A DNA stretch of 64,000 nucleotides from Ignavibacteriota bacterium (GTDB taxonomy: Bacteria; Bacteroidota; Ignavibacteria; UBA10030). This document shows, piece after piece, positions 41,150-51,423 of this stretch. The stretch spans positions 800,001-864,000 of the forward strand of contig OY969585.1 in NCBI GenBank assembly GCA_963701295.1, read 5' to 3'. The notes under the pieces were generated by a model that was not told where the DNA came from, did no database searches, and saw only the letters and a list, made by a program, of their open reading frames with translations. A program made the position numbers and the translations under genes. Positions within the stretch are counted from its first letter, which is position 1. The number at the start of each line of letters is the position of its first letter.

Positions 41150-43585
41150 TCAGTGAGGAAGAACTGAAATCGTCATCTCTTTATCGTACTCTGTCTGACT
41201 GCGTGTTGGATTCTGCGCGCCATGTGTCTTACGTTTTACCTGTTCTTCTACATATTGCATTAATTCATTGATCGTGACTGTATAGTCATTATTATAGTCT
41301 GCCTTGCCTTCCATACCTTCCAGCAAATAATAGGTAAAGACTCCGTGAGCCATTTCGGGGAATTCCTGCGATACTTCCCCGGATGCACTAGCGGTAAACA
41401 CAACGACACCTTCTTTTGACTTTGACAGATCCGAAAGATATTGATTCACTAAGTTTTCTTCAGTAACACCGACGCCGCGTGTTGCAAAATTTACGCTGAT
41501 ATTACCACTATGACAAGCATCGGAGAACACAATAACGCGCTTTGCATTAATATAACGCGCCAATACGGTCTGAATATCCCACATGGGAAATGCCGTAGTA
41601 CCAAGCGCAGATGGATCGCTATCGCTCGTCAGCAGGTAAATATTTTGCGGACGTGCAGGTTCTGGTGCGCCATGTCCTGCAAAATAAATGAGCACGAGAT
41701 CCATGTCAATTGCCTGATTCAGGAAATTAATAAGCGCATCCCTCACGTTTGCAAGTGTCGCATCTTTATTCAGCAATACTCTCATATGGTCAGAATCATA
41801 TCCGCCGCCTTCAGGTCGCCGGAGAAAATTTGCCAGCGCTTCTGCGTCCTTATCGGCGTACTTTAAACTCGGAATTCCAGGATTCGTATATTCGGATATT
41901 CCCACAATAACCGCCCAGCGCTGCGGACCGGAACCACCCCGCTCCTTTTTTGTCCCGCCAGAAACAGATGAAATTCTAGAAAGTGCCGAGAGAGTACGAT
42001 TAACACTAATCGTTTTTGAAAATTTGTCACCCGCCTTACTTATGATCGATAATTGAATTTGATTATAACCGAGAACAATTGGAATATCTTCCGAAATGAT
42101 ATCGCCTGCTGTCTTGAATCCAGGCTCCTGCCCGTTCACAATATCTACCATGTTGGATGAAATCGAATATGAAGAAATATCGAACCATGTCCGAAATTTA
42201 AGAGGAAGAGAAACCGCACCGGTCTCAGAATTATTTACCGGGTTTTCGATTTCCACTGCTTGATCACTTGACAGCCGCCGAATCTCTCCGTTGAGAGTCA
42301 CCGAATGATGAGCATTATCCGAAACACGGATCTCGTATGGAATCAACCCGATCGAATCAAGCTTCACAAGAGTGCTGAAGCGTTTTGCAGATTTCATTCC
42401 AGCAGGAATTTTTGCCGCATCTTCTGCAGAAATTGCAATGAGCTTAACAGGTGTACCGTTTATTGTCACTTCTTTTACGTTGGTATCGTCATACACCAAA
42501 CCCCGAAGTTCATATTCACGGGCAAAAACTTTTGCAGAGACCGACCCAGCCACAGGCTGTTCCATGACAATGCCCGGATTGATTGAATCAGGTGGAGTAA
42601 GAGCCACCTTCCAGCTCTTCAAGAGGCCTGTACTTGTCCCGGTCAGGAGCGTTTCATCATTGAGAAAAACTGCATAGGTTGTATAACCATCATGCTCGGT
42701 CATGGTCTTCACATTCATCGATGCTGCTAGGTCGAAGATTTTTATTGTGCTATCCGCCGACGTTGAAACAACCCATCGCGTTTTTGGATCAAAGGCTACA
42801 GACCAGATAGGGCCGTTCTGTGCATATCTATTTTTCAATATACCGCATTGTGCATCCCACAGAAGTACCTTTCCATCGGCAGTACCGGTAGCAAGATATT
42901 TTCCATCTGCGCTGTAGCATAATGTCATAATTCTATCTTTTGCATCGTTGAATGTAGAAATCGTCGATAATGTCCCAATGGAAAAGATATTGACTTGACC
43001 CTTCGACAATCCAACCGCACCGTTTTTTGCATCCGGTTGAATAGCAAGCGCGGTAATTTCTTCTTGAAATGCCGGCACAGATCCTATAGCAGTACCGCTG
43101 ACAGCATCGGTAATAGTCACCATTTTGTTTGCGCCTGCAGAAAAAATCCATCCTTCATCTTGGAATACCACCGCATTGACAGCCTGCGAATATATCGATA
43201 GCGATTTTGCTATAGCTCCAGTTGTCATATCGAATAAGAGTACTTGTCCATCGATTGCACCGAGTGCTAATGTTTTCCCGGAGGCGGAAAAAGACAATGC
43301 ATTTATACCTGTTGGCATGCTGATGGGGGACAATTTCTCCTTGAGTGAAAAAATATCATAAAGCCTCAATATCTTTTCCTGTGAGAGAACAGCCAAGAGA
43401 TTTGCTTTTGAAGAAACAACACCACACATAACCGGCCCTTTGAAGGCTTCTACAGATTGAAGCTGTTCTACGTATAATTCCTGCTCGCCGACGTTCAAAG
43501 AACTCAGGCGAGCTTGCTGCGAGTACGCAACAGCAGTGACGGTAAGTATCGTCATCCATATAGAGAAAACAATTCTTCGTCCCAA
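41150..43585 (-). CDS. Exported WD40-repeat plus caspase-like (C14) protease
   Basis: Signal peptide; WD repeats (YLATGTADGKVLLWD); RWAVIVGISEY, YFAGHG, SDACHSG, HGVFTYYLLEGM. Confidence 0.92.
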   Translation of the reverse strand: MGRRIVFSIWMTILTVTAVAYSQQARLSSLNVGEQELYVEQLQSVEAFKGPVMCGVVSSKANLLAVLSQEKILRLYDIFSLKEKLSPISMPTGINALSFSASGKTLALGAIDGQVLLFDMTTGAIAKSLSIYSQAVNAVVFQDEGWIFSAGANKMVTITDAVSGTAIGSVPAFQEEITALAIQPDAKNGAVGLSKGQVNIFSIGTLSTISTFNDAKDRIMTLCYSADGKYLATGTADGKVLLWDAQCGILKNRYAQNGPIWSVAFDPKTRWVVSTSADSTIKIFDLAASMNVKTMTEHDGYTTYAVFLNDETLLTGTSTGLLKSWKVALTPPDSINPGIVMEQPVAGSVSAKVFAREYELRGLVYDDTNVKEVTINGTPVKLIAISAEDAAKIPAGMKSAKRFSTLVKLDSIGLIPYEIRVSDNAHHSVTLNGEIRRLSSDQAVEIENPVNNSETGAVSLPLKFRTWFDISSYSISSNMVDIVNGQEPGFKTAGDIISEDIPIVLGYNQIQLSIISKAGDKFSKTISVNRTLSALSRISSVSGGTKKERGGSGPQRWAVIVGISEYTNPGIPSLKYADKDAEALANFLRRPEGGGYDSDHMRVLLNKDATLANVRDALINFLNQAIDMDLVLIYFAGHGAPEPARPQNIYLLTSDSDPSALGTTAFPMWDIQTVLARYINAKRVIVFSDACHSGNISVNFATRGVGVTEENLVNQYLSDLSKSKEGVVVFTASASGEVSQEFPEMAHGVFTYYLLEGMEGKADYNNDYTVTINELMQYVEEQVKRKTHGAQNPTRSQTEYDKEMTISVLPH

Positions 43586-43860
43586 GGGACACTCCTTATT
43601 CCATACTAGCGCTTTTATAATAGCGATTGACGCAGTATGTTACGTGGTGTTTCGTACGAAAAGAAAAGAACGATCGTACATTCTCATTAGTGAGATGCGA
43701 TACAAGGAGCTATAATTTTGTATCAAAAAGAATCCGAAAATGACGGAGTTTTAGTTAGGATTATTCCTATATGTGCTGATTTTATTGAGCAAATTATCGA
43801 GGATTTTCAAGTAAATATCATTTATACATCCTGAGATCAAAATATCTTAATCAGAGACAT

Positions 43861-44139
43861 TTAAAACTGTTGTGCCGCCTTCACAAAGAGATTGATGAGA
43901 CGGGTGCGAACACTTTTATTTTGCAGCGTAATTTCCGGATTTGATTCGAGCCCGTAGATGATATCGCTGAAGGATGAGAGTGGAATTTGTGACTTTGGAT
44001 TCTGCCGTAAGAAATCCTGCAGATGATTGAGAAACAAGAGGATTTCATCAGCACATCCAATAATTTCGTAATCATCACCCTTTAATAAAATTTTACCAAG
44101 GCTGGAAACCTGAGAAACAAGATGACGTTTTAGAGCCAT
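43861..44139 (-). CDS. Hypothetical protein
   Basis: 92-aa ORF starting 3 nt after the rarA stop on the same strand. Confidence 0.6.
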   Translation of the reverse strand: MALKRHLVSQVSSLGKILLKGDDYEIIGCADEILLFLNHLQDFLRQNPKSQIPLSSFSDIIYGLESNPEITLQNKSVRTRLINLFVKAAQQF

Positions 44140-44142
44140 AAA

Positions 44143-45468
44143 TTACCGTTGCTTCTTTTTCCACCATCGATTGAGCCGTTCGCGGATATCTTTTTCTCTT
44201 CCAAGATCTGTGGGTTTATAATAGAGCTTCTCTTTCAAATTATCCGGCAAAAATTGCTGTTCAACAAAGTGACCGGGAAAATCGTGGCTATATTTGTATT
44301 CTTTCCCATAGCCGAGTTCGTTCATCAATTTTGTTGGAGCATTGCGGACATGAAGAGGCACGGGAAGATTCGGAAGATTTCGCACATCACCCCACGCTTC
44401 TTCAATTGCACGGTACGAAGCATTGCTCTTCGGACATGAAGCGAGATATACCGCCGTTTGCGCAAGCACGATACGCGCTTCCGGCATGCCGATGTAATCG
44501 ATTGCGGTGAAACACGATGTCGCCAATGTAAGAGCGTACGGATCGGCGTTACCAATATCTTCTGAAGCAAGCACGATCATCCGGCGCGAGATGAATTTCG
44601 GATCCTCGCCACCGTCGAGCATACGTGCCATCCAATAGACAGCGGCATCAGGATCGCTGCCTCGCACACTCTTGATAAATGCTGAAATAATATCATAATG
44701 TTGTTCGCCTTCTTTGTCATAGAGTGTAAATTTTCGCTGGAAGGCTTCTTCAATTTTCTGTTTGGTGATCGTCACAGAACCATCAGCGGCCGGTTTTATC
44801 AGGCGGATTGCATTTTCTAATCCATTGAGAAGTTTCCGTGCATCACCACCAGATAAAAGCATCAGGAATTCACGATCAACAATTTTGATCTTACGTTTCG
44901 ATAGAATCGTATCGCTTTCCAGAGCATGAGTAAGAATTGCATTCAGCGAATCTCTGTTTAGCGATTCCATGACATACACCTGACATCTTGAAAGAAGCGG
45001 CGATATAACTTCGAACGATGGATTCTCCGTCGTCGCACCTATTAATGTGATTATCCCTTCTTCGACCGAATGTAGCAGCGCATCTTGCTGTGCTTTGTTG
45101 AAACGGTGAATCTCGTCAATAAAAAGGACAGTACGTTTGTTCAGTGACCTGAGATTTTTCTCGGCACGAGCGATAATTTCTCGGACGTCTTTCACACCGG
45201 CGGCGACCGCATTGAGCTGATGAAACTCTGCTTCCACATGATGTGCCACCAAACGTGCTAATGTTGTTTTGCCCACTCCTGGCGGACCCCAGAAAATCAT
45301 GGATGCAATTTCTCCGCCTTCCAGCATTAACCGGAGCGGTTTATCGGGCTGAGTCAGGTGGTCCTGCCCGACAAATTCGTTCAATATTTTCGGGCGAACG
45401 CGTTCCGCTAATGGCGCCAATGGGGGACGAGCAGAACGAGATTCTTCTTTAGAAAACAAATCAGACAT
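44143..45468 (-). CDS. rarA: Replication-associated recombination protein A
   Basis: [57 protein letters not shown]. Confidence 0.96.
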   Translation of the reverse strand: MSDLFSKEESRSARPPLAPLAERVRPKILNEFVGQDHLTQPDKPLRLMLEGGEIASMIFWGPPGVGKTTLARLVAHHVEAEFHQLNAVAAGVKDVREIIARAEKNLRSLNKRTVLFIDEIHRFNKAQQDALLHSVEEGIITLIGATTENPSFEVISPLLSRCQVYVMESLNRDSLNAILTHALESDTILSKRKIKIVDREFLMLLSGGDARKLLNGLENAIRLIKPAADGSVTITKQKIEEAFQRKFTLYDKEGEQHYDIISAFIKSVRGSDPDAAVYWMARMLDGGEDPKFISRRMIVLASEDIGNADPYALTLATSCFTAIDYIGMPEARIVLAQTAVYLASCPKSNASYRAIEEAWGDVRNLPNLPVPLHVRNAPTKLMNELGYGKEYKYSHDFPGHFVEQQFLPDNLKEKLYYKPTDLGREKDIRERLNRWWKKKQR

Positions 45469-45556
45469 TGATATGAGAAATTGGGTGATTGAATAACTTT
45501 GTGATTTAATGATTTGGAGATGTCATTTACAGAAACATTCATTCTGCAACATTCTT

Positions 45557-45598
45557 CTATTCACCATTTACTATTCACTGTTCACTATTTACCACTTT
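45557..45598. repeat. Degenerate heptamer tandem repeat (about 6 units)
   Basis: CTATTCA CCATTTA CTATTCA CTGTTCA CTATTTA CCACTTT. Confidence 0.7.
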
Positions 45599-45627
45599 CT
45601 ATCTTCTGTCTTCCACAGTATTTATTT

Positions 45628-46029
45628 TCACTTTCTTCCAATCTTTACCTTCTCTGATTCTTTTCGAGATGTTGTTTCATCCATTTCCAGATGGAACCTA
45701 TGCAGAAAACGATGAAACACCGGTACAACCAAAAAGCCGACAGCGATGATAAACATAAGTCCGCAATACATGGAATAGATGCCCGCAAAGATTTTTCCGG
45801 CATCGTTGTGAAACTCGTTCACAGGGCACATCCCGCCCATCAACATCGAAGCGTTCACAAAAGCATCGACCCACGAAAAATTCCCGAAGATTCGATATCC
45901 AACCATTCCTGTCAGCAATGAGACAGTCACGAATCCGGCAGAAAGAAGCGCAAAGGGAATCATCCGCTTTATGAATTCCAAACGCGGCAACAGGGGTTTG
46001 CTGCGGTACTCAAACACGCTGCTCTTCAT
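45628..46029 (-). CDS. Small 2-TM protein with channel pore-like segment
   Basis: GMVGY...WVDAFVNASMLMGGMCP...GKIFAGIY...HRFLHRFH. Confidence 0.7.
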   Translation of the reverse strand: MKSSVFEYRSKPLLPRLEFIKRMIPFALLSAGFVTVSLLTGMVGYRIFGNFSWVDAFVNASMLMGGMCPVNEFHNDAGKIFAGIYSMYCGLMFIIAVGFLVVPVFHRFLHRFHLEMDETTSRKESEKVKIGRK

Positions 46030-46041
46030 AGAGAATAATCC

Positions 46042-46386
46042 TTATTTCTCTTTTTTCACCTGATAGACCGTTTCGCCTTCCCGCTTCATTCCGTACTTTT
46101 CACGGGCGATTTTTTCGATCGTTTTCTTATCCCCCTCCAACGCTTTGATCTGTTCCTGGAGCCGTTTAGTTTCTAAACTATCGGCTTTGAGTTTTTCGAT
46201 CCATTCATTGTGCTGCGATTCAAGACTGAGTCGTTTGAGAATCCCTTTATTATCAAATATAAGGTAGAGAAAGAGAAAGAAGAGAATAATGAGAAGTATC
46301 GTGCGTCTTTTGTTTTTTGCCGCCTTCTTTGCAATTCGTTTCAGGAAGTGATCCGGCTGGATGTTTCTATAGAATTGATTGTCCAT
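46042..46386 (-). CDS. ftsB: Septum formation initiator (FtsB/DivIC family)
   Basis: TM plus coiled coil, IEKIAREKYGMKREGETVY. Confidence 0.85.
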   Translation of the reverse strand: MDNQFYRNIQPDHFLKRIAKKAAKNKRRTILLIILFFLFLYLIFDNKGILKRLSLESQHNEWIEKLKADSLETKRLQEQIKALEGDKKTIEKIAREKYGMKREGETVYQVKKEK

Positions 46387-46397
46387 CAGACTACTAC

Positions 46398-47540
46398 TTA
46401 TGTATACCAATTATTTTTCGGATGGTATGTTGTTTTGAGTTTCTTTTTTGTGGTATGCCGTTCGATTGCAAGCTGAATTAATGTATCTAACAATGCGGAA
46501 TAGGACAGTCCGGAAGCCTGCCAGAGTTTCGGATACATGCTGATGGAAGTAAAACCGGGAAGAGTATTGATCTCGTTGAGAACAATATGATTTGTTTTTC
46601 GATTCACGAGAAAATCAATGCGAGCCATACCTGCACAATCCAAGATCCGAAATGCATTCAACGCATACATTTGTATTTTCTTTGCAATACTTTTCGGTAG
46701 TTTTGCAGGGATGATTTCCGTTGTCTTTCCATCAACATACTTCGCATCGTAATCATAAAATTCATTCGATGGAACAATCTCGCCTAAGACCGATGCAGTG
46801 GGATTGTCATTGCCCAATACACTACATTCAATCTCGCGTGCGTTTTTTACTCCACGTTCCACTAATATTTTTCTATCAAACTGCGCCGCTTGTTCTATCG
46901 ATGCAAGTAATTCCTTACGGCAGCCTGCTTTACTAATACCAATACTCGAGCCGGAGTTCGCCGGTTTAATAAAAAGCGGATATTTTAATTTTCGCTCGAT
47001 CTTTGTAACATATTTTTGCTGCTGTACTTTGTATATTTCATATACAAACCAGACGGCAGGTGATACAGGAATATGTGCCTTCAGTAATAATTCTTTTTGA
47101 ACAATTTTATCCATTCCGACTGCTGAGCTGAGCACTCCAGCGCCAACATACGGAATATCTGCGAGTTCCAATAATCCCTGAAGCGCGCCGTCTTCACCAT
47201 AAGTGCCATGAATTAAAGGGAAAATAACATCGAGCGGCCTCCCGGCACTGCCGCTCTCACCGAGAACAACCAACGATTGCTTGCGTGGGTCAGGTACAAG
47301 CATGTGCTCCGGTTCGTTATCGATAGATTTTTTTTCTTTCAGCAGGCGAAGAGTTTTTCCAGAGCTGAGCCATTGTCCGGTTGAGGCTATTCCGATAGGA
47401 ACAACTTCATATTTCTCTTTATCCAGCGCATTGATGACAGATGAGGCGGAGACAAGCGAAACTTCATGCTCGACTGATCGCCCGCCAAAAATGATACCGA
47501 TGCGGATTCTGTGATTAACTGGTTCTTGGCTTTTTGTCAT
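46398..47540 (-). CDS. ddl: D-alanine--D-alanine ligase
   Basis: [46 protein letters not shown]; ATG 47540 preferred over 47690. Confidence 0.95.
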   Translation of the reverse strand: MTKSQEPVNHRIRIGIIFGGRSVEHEVSLVSASSVINALDKEKYEVVPIGIASTGQWLSSGKTLRLLKEKKSIDNEPEHMLVPDPRKQSLVVLGESGSAGRPLDVIFPLIHGTYGEDGALQGLLELADIPYVGAGVLSSAVGMDKIVQKELLLKAHIPVSPAVWFVYEIYKVQQQKYVTKIERKLKYPLFIKPANSGSSIGISKAGCRKELLASIEQAAQFDRKILVERGVKNAREIECSVLGNDNPTASVLGEIVPSNEFYDYDAKYVDGKTTEIIPAKLPKSIAKKIQMYALNAFRILDCAGMARIDFLVNRKTNHIVLNEINTLPGFTSISMYPKLWQASGLSYSALLDTLIQLAIERHTTKKKLKTTYHPKNNWYT

Positions 47541-47728
47541 AGACAATTGACTATTTTTCTGACTTGGACATTCCATATTTCTACGTACTTCGTGAATATG
47601 ATAGGGAAAAGAGTGGAGAGGTGCAACGAATTCCGGAGTGACGTATTGCGTTTCGATGGAAAACTCAGTAGGTTTTTTCAATTGGATCATTCATCAGGCT
47701 TATCATTTATTACTGGAGATCGATTTTC

Positions 47729-49255
47729 ATGAGCAGCCCACTGTTCGCAAAAAAACCACTATCCCTCCTCCTCGAAGAAATGAAGGGAGAGAATCGCTTA
47801 CGCCGTGTACTCGGGCCCGTAACCCTTACCAGTCTTGGAGTTGGGGCTATTATTGGAACCGGTATTTTTGTATTAACAGGTGTCGGTGCACATGATAAAG
47901 CAGGCCCAGCATTGATTCTTTCCTTCGCTACAGCAGGAGTCGCATGTGTTTTTGCCGCACTCTGCTATGCAGAATTTGCTTCGATGGTGCCTGTTGCAGG
48001 TTCGGCTTACACCTATGCATACGCAACACTCGGCGAACTTTTTGCTTGGATTATCGGATGGGACTTAGTTCTAGAATATGCTGTCGCTTCAGCGGCAGTT
48101 GCACACGGGTGGTCTGCCCATTTTCAAGATCTTCTTAAGAGTTTCGGTATTGTCATTCCCTTTTCACTTTCTACTGCACCAATTGACTTCAATACAGGAA
48201 CCAGCCGTTTCTTTGCTACCGGATCGTACTTTGACCTCACTGCTGTCATTATCACAGCGATGATCACTACTATCTTAGTAAAAGGAATAAAAGAAAGTGC
48301 CGTATTCAACACGACCATGGTTATCATCAAGCTTGTAATCGTGCTTTTTGTGATCGTCGTTGGAGTCTTCTATATTGATCCGAATAACTGGCATCCGTTT
48401 GCTCCTTACGGGCTTACCGGTATCAGTTTCTTCGGGCATACATTGTTCGGACAAACTGCCAGCAATGGCGTTCCGCTTGGGATGCTCGCAGGCGCGGCTA
48501 TTATTTTCTTTGCTTACATCGGTTTCGATTCAGTTTCCACGCATGCAGAGGAAGCACGAAATCCGCAGCGCGATGTACCAATTGGTATTATTGCTTCCCT
48601 TCTTATTTGCACGGTATTGTATATTGCAGTCTCTGCAATCATTACCGGCATGGTTCGTTATGATCAAATTGATATCAATGCTCCCGTTGCAAATGCTTTT
48701 GCACAAAAGGGATTGCCATGGGCGCAACGCCTTATTGATGTCGGAGCCATTACAGGCATTACATCTGTACTGCTCGTGATGATGTTAAGCCAGCCGCGGG
48801 TACTTTTAGCAATGGCACGTGATGGTATGGTACCTGAGAGTTTTTTTGGCGCAGTGCATTCGAAATTCCGCACACCGTGGAAATCGACCATTCTTACCGG
48901 AATCTTTGTCGCTGCAATGGCAACACTCCTTCCACTTCGTATACTTGCGGAGCTGACAAACATCGGAACTTTGCTGGCATTCGTAATCGTTTGTACGGCA
49001 GTGCTCATTATGCGCAAAACAAATCCTAAAGCGGAACGCCCATTTCGTGCTCCTTTCGTACCTTTTGTGCCCATTGCAGGTATTGTATGTTGTTCGATAC
49101 TCATGTTTTCACTACCGGTAGAAAACTGGTGGCGTTTGTTTATCTGGCTGGGAATCGGTTTCATTATTTACTTCAGCTATGGCCGGCGGCATTGTGTAAC
49201 AGCACGCATCCGTCGTGGCGAAGTGGCTGTGCCAAAGATGGAAGATCCGGTATAA
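47729..49255 (+). CDS. APC family amino acid permease
   Basis: GVGAIIGTGIF, CYAEFAS, GSAYTY, FFAYIGFD, EEARNPQRDVP. Confidence 0.93.
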   Translation: MSSPLFAKKPLSLLLEEMKGENRLRRVLGPVTLTSLGVGAIIGTGIFVLTGVGAHDKAGPALILSFATAGVACVFAALCYAEFASMVPVAGSAYTYAYATLGELFAWIIGWDLVLEYAVASAAVAHGWSAHFQDLLKSFGIVIPFSLSTAPIDFNTGTSRFFATGSYFDLTAVIITAMITTILVKGIKESAVFNTTMVIIKLVIVLFVIVVGVFYIDPNNWHPFAPYGLTGISFFGHTLFGQTASNGVPLGMLAGAAIIFFAYIGFDSVSTHAEEARNPQRDVPIGIIASLLICTVLYIAVSAIITGMVRYDQIDINAPVANAFAQKGLPWAQRLIDVGAITGITSVLLVMMLSQPRVLLAMARDGMVPESFFGAVHSKFRTPWKSTILTGIFVAAMATLLPLRILAELTNIGTLLAFVIVCTAVLIMRKTNPKAERPFRAPFVPFVPIAGIVCCSILMFSLPVENWWRLFIWLGIGFIIYFSYGRRHCVTARIRRGEVAVPKMEDPV

Positions 49256-49680
49256 TGATCCGAAAAGCGCTCGTCAGCGACGTTCAAGCAATACAAATAT
49301 TATTTCAGGAACTCACCGGATCTCCAATTTCGGGCGATGAAGTTCTTAACCGGATACAGTTCGTTCAACAAAGCTCTATTGATACATTATTCGTTTATGA
49401 ACACCAGAAGAGCGTTGCCTGCCTGCTTGCTTTCAGGATTCGTGAAAACATCGAGGCAAACAGTCGGTTCGGGGAAATATCTGTTCTTGTCGTCCGACCA
49501 GAATTTCGCAAAAGGGGAATTGGCAAAGAACTCATGGAGTATGCCGAACACCTTGCCCGTGAACAAAACTGCATCGGGACATGGCTTGTCAGCGGATTCG
49601 GAAGAGAAGAAAAAGCACACGCGTTTTATAAATTGCTCGGATATGAGACGACCGGGTATCGGTTTGTGAAACGATTCTGA
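49255..49680 (+). CDS. GNAT family N-acetyltransferase
   Basis: Start overlaps the permease stop (TAATG); VVRPEFRKRGIGKELM, AHAFYKLLGY. Confidence 0.88.
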   Translation: MIRKALVSDVQAIQILFQELTGSPISGDEVLNRIQFVQQSSIDTLFVYEHQKSVACLLAFRIRENIEANSRFGEISVLVVRPEFRKRGIGKELMEYAEHLAREQNCIGTWLVSGFGREEKAHAFYKLLGYETTGYRFVKRF

Positions 49681-49692
49681 CATGAGAATTCT

Positions 49693-51174
49693 ATGACCAA
49701 TTTAGAAAGTGGACACCAATTCAAACGCGGACTCGGACTGCTTGACTCGACTATGATCGTCATCGGCTCGATGATCGGCTCCGGAATTTTTATCGTGAGT
49801 GCTGATATCGGACGTATTGTCGGAGCGCCGGGATACCTGCTTTTGGTTTGGCTGATCACCGGTGTGATGACGATGATTGCCGCACTCAGTTATGGTGAGC
49901 TCGCGGGTATGATGCCTCACGTCGGTGGACAGTATGCCTATCTCCGTAAAGCATACAATCCATTCATTGCATTTCTTTATGGATGGACATTGTTCCTAGT
50001 TATTCAAACAGGAACAATCGCTGCGGTAGCGGTCGCCTTTGCAAAATTTACGGGCGTTCTGATTCCATGGTTTAGTGAAAAAAACTTCCTTTTTTCCGTC
50101 GGCAAGTTTCACATTACTGCAGCACAAATACTTGCAATGGTGAGTGTCATTCTTTTAACCTCTGTAAACATGCGAGGGTTGCAAGAAGGAAAAATTGTCC
50201 AGAACATTTTCACATTTACAAAAATCATCGCTCTTCTTGGATTTGTTTTTCTCGCATTGTTCATAGGTCAAAACACATCTGCAATTGCTGCAAACTTCAA
50301 TAACTTTTGGAATGCAACCTGGACACAAGCAGCAGACGGCAAGATTCTTTCCATCACTCCACTCTCGGGTATGATGCTTCTCTCCGCCATCGGCGTAGCA
50401 ATGGTCGGTTCTCTTTTCTCTGCTGATGCATGGAATAACATAACATTCACTGCAGGAGAAGTCACAAATCCAAACCGCACTATTCCGTTAAGCCTGGCAC
50501 TTGGAACAGGAACGGTGATACTTATCTATATTCTTGCAAATATCGGTTACTTGTTGGTTCTCCCTTTGGCTGGTTCTCCGGAAGCGACTGATGCGGTGGG
50601 ACGAGGAATTCAATTTGCCGTCAACGACCGAGTCGGAACAGCAGCCGCTTCTGTCATTTTCGGCGAGAGTGCTACAATTATTATGGCAGTGATGATCATG
50701 ATCTCTACATTCGGATGCAATAACGGATTGATACTCGCCGGAGCACGAGTATATTATGCGATGGCAAAAGATAAATTGTTCTTTAAAAGTGCCGGCATAT
50801 TGAACGACAAATCCGTCCCAGGTGCGGCCTTGGTAGTACAATGTATCTGGACATGTCTATTGTGCCTTTCCGGAACATATGGAGATCTGCTCAATTATGT
50901 CGTTTTCGCAGTTCTGTTGTTTTATATTTTGACGGTAATTGGAATTTTTATTTTGAGAAAGAAACAACCGAATGCAAAACGGCCTTACAGAGCATTGGGC
51001 TATCCCATGATTCCGATAGTTTATATTTTCCTCGCTGCTGCTATTTCGATTGACTTGCTCATTTTTAAACCTCAATACACCTGGCCGGGATTGGGTATTG
51101 TGGTGTTAGGAATTCCAGTGTTTTTCTTATGGAGAAGGCAGACCGATGAACATGATAATCTGAAGGTGAAGTAA
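49693..51174 (+). CDS. APC family amino acid permease
   Basis: GSMIGSGIF, YGELAGMMPHVGGQY, LFSADAWNN, FGCNNGLILAGARVY. Confidence 0.93.
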   Translation: MTNLESGHQFKRGLGLLDSTMIVIGSMIGSGIFIVSADIGRIVGAPGYLLLVWLITGVMTMIAALSYGELAGMMPHVGGQYAYLRKAYNPFIAFLYGWTLFLVIQTGTIAAVAVAFAKFTGVLIPWFSEKNFLFSVGKFHITAAQILAMVSVILLTSVNMRGLQEGKIVQNIFTFTKIIALLGFVFLALFIGQNTSAIAANFNNFWNATWTQAADGKILSITPLSGMMLLSAIGVAMVGSLFSADAWNNITFTAGEVTNPNRTIPLSLALGTGTVILIYILANIGYLLVLPLAGSPEATDAVGRGIQFAVNDRVGTAAASVIFGESATIIMAVMIMISTFGCNNGLILAGARVYYAMAKDKLFFKSAGILNDKSVPGAALVVQCIWTCLLCLSGTYGDLLNYVVFAVLLFYILTVIGIFILRKKQPNAKRPYRALGYPMIPIVYIFLAAAISIDLLIFKPQYTWPGLGIVVLGIPVFFLWRRQTDEHDNLKVK

Positions 51175-51423
51175 ATATATATTTTCAAAAAAACTTTTTT
51201 TCATCAGACGATTTCGTCTTCTATCGGAACATGAGAAGCGTGTGCCAGTATAATAGAGGGAAACCGTAAAATCATTGCAGGCGAAGAACATCGTCCTCAT
51301 AAGGATTTTTTGTTTTCTAGAGAGTTTTGTTCTTCTTTGCATAAAAAATTCAGTTTACTTACATTTACAGAATATACTTATTCTCATAGTTATTACTAAC
51401 TCTTCAATAATTTCTTTATATCT

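Noticed and set aside
47541-47690. N-terminal extension of Ddl (likewise EttA, the GNAT, the TPR protein and the cyclase)
   Set aside because: Artefacts of longest-ORF calling; downstream starts give family-typical N-termini.
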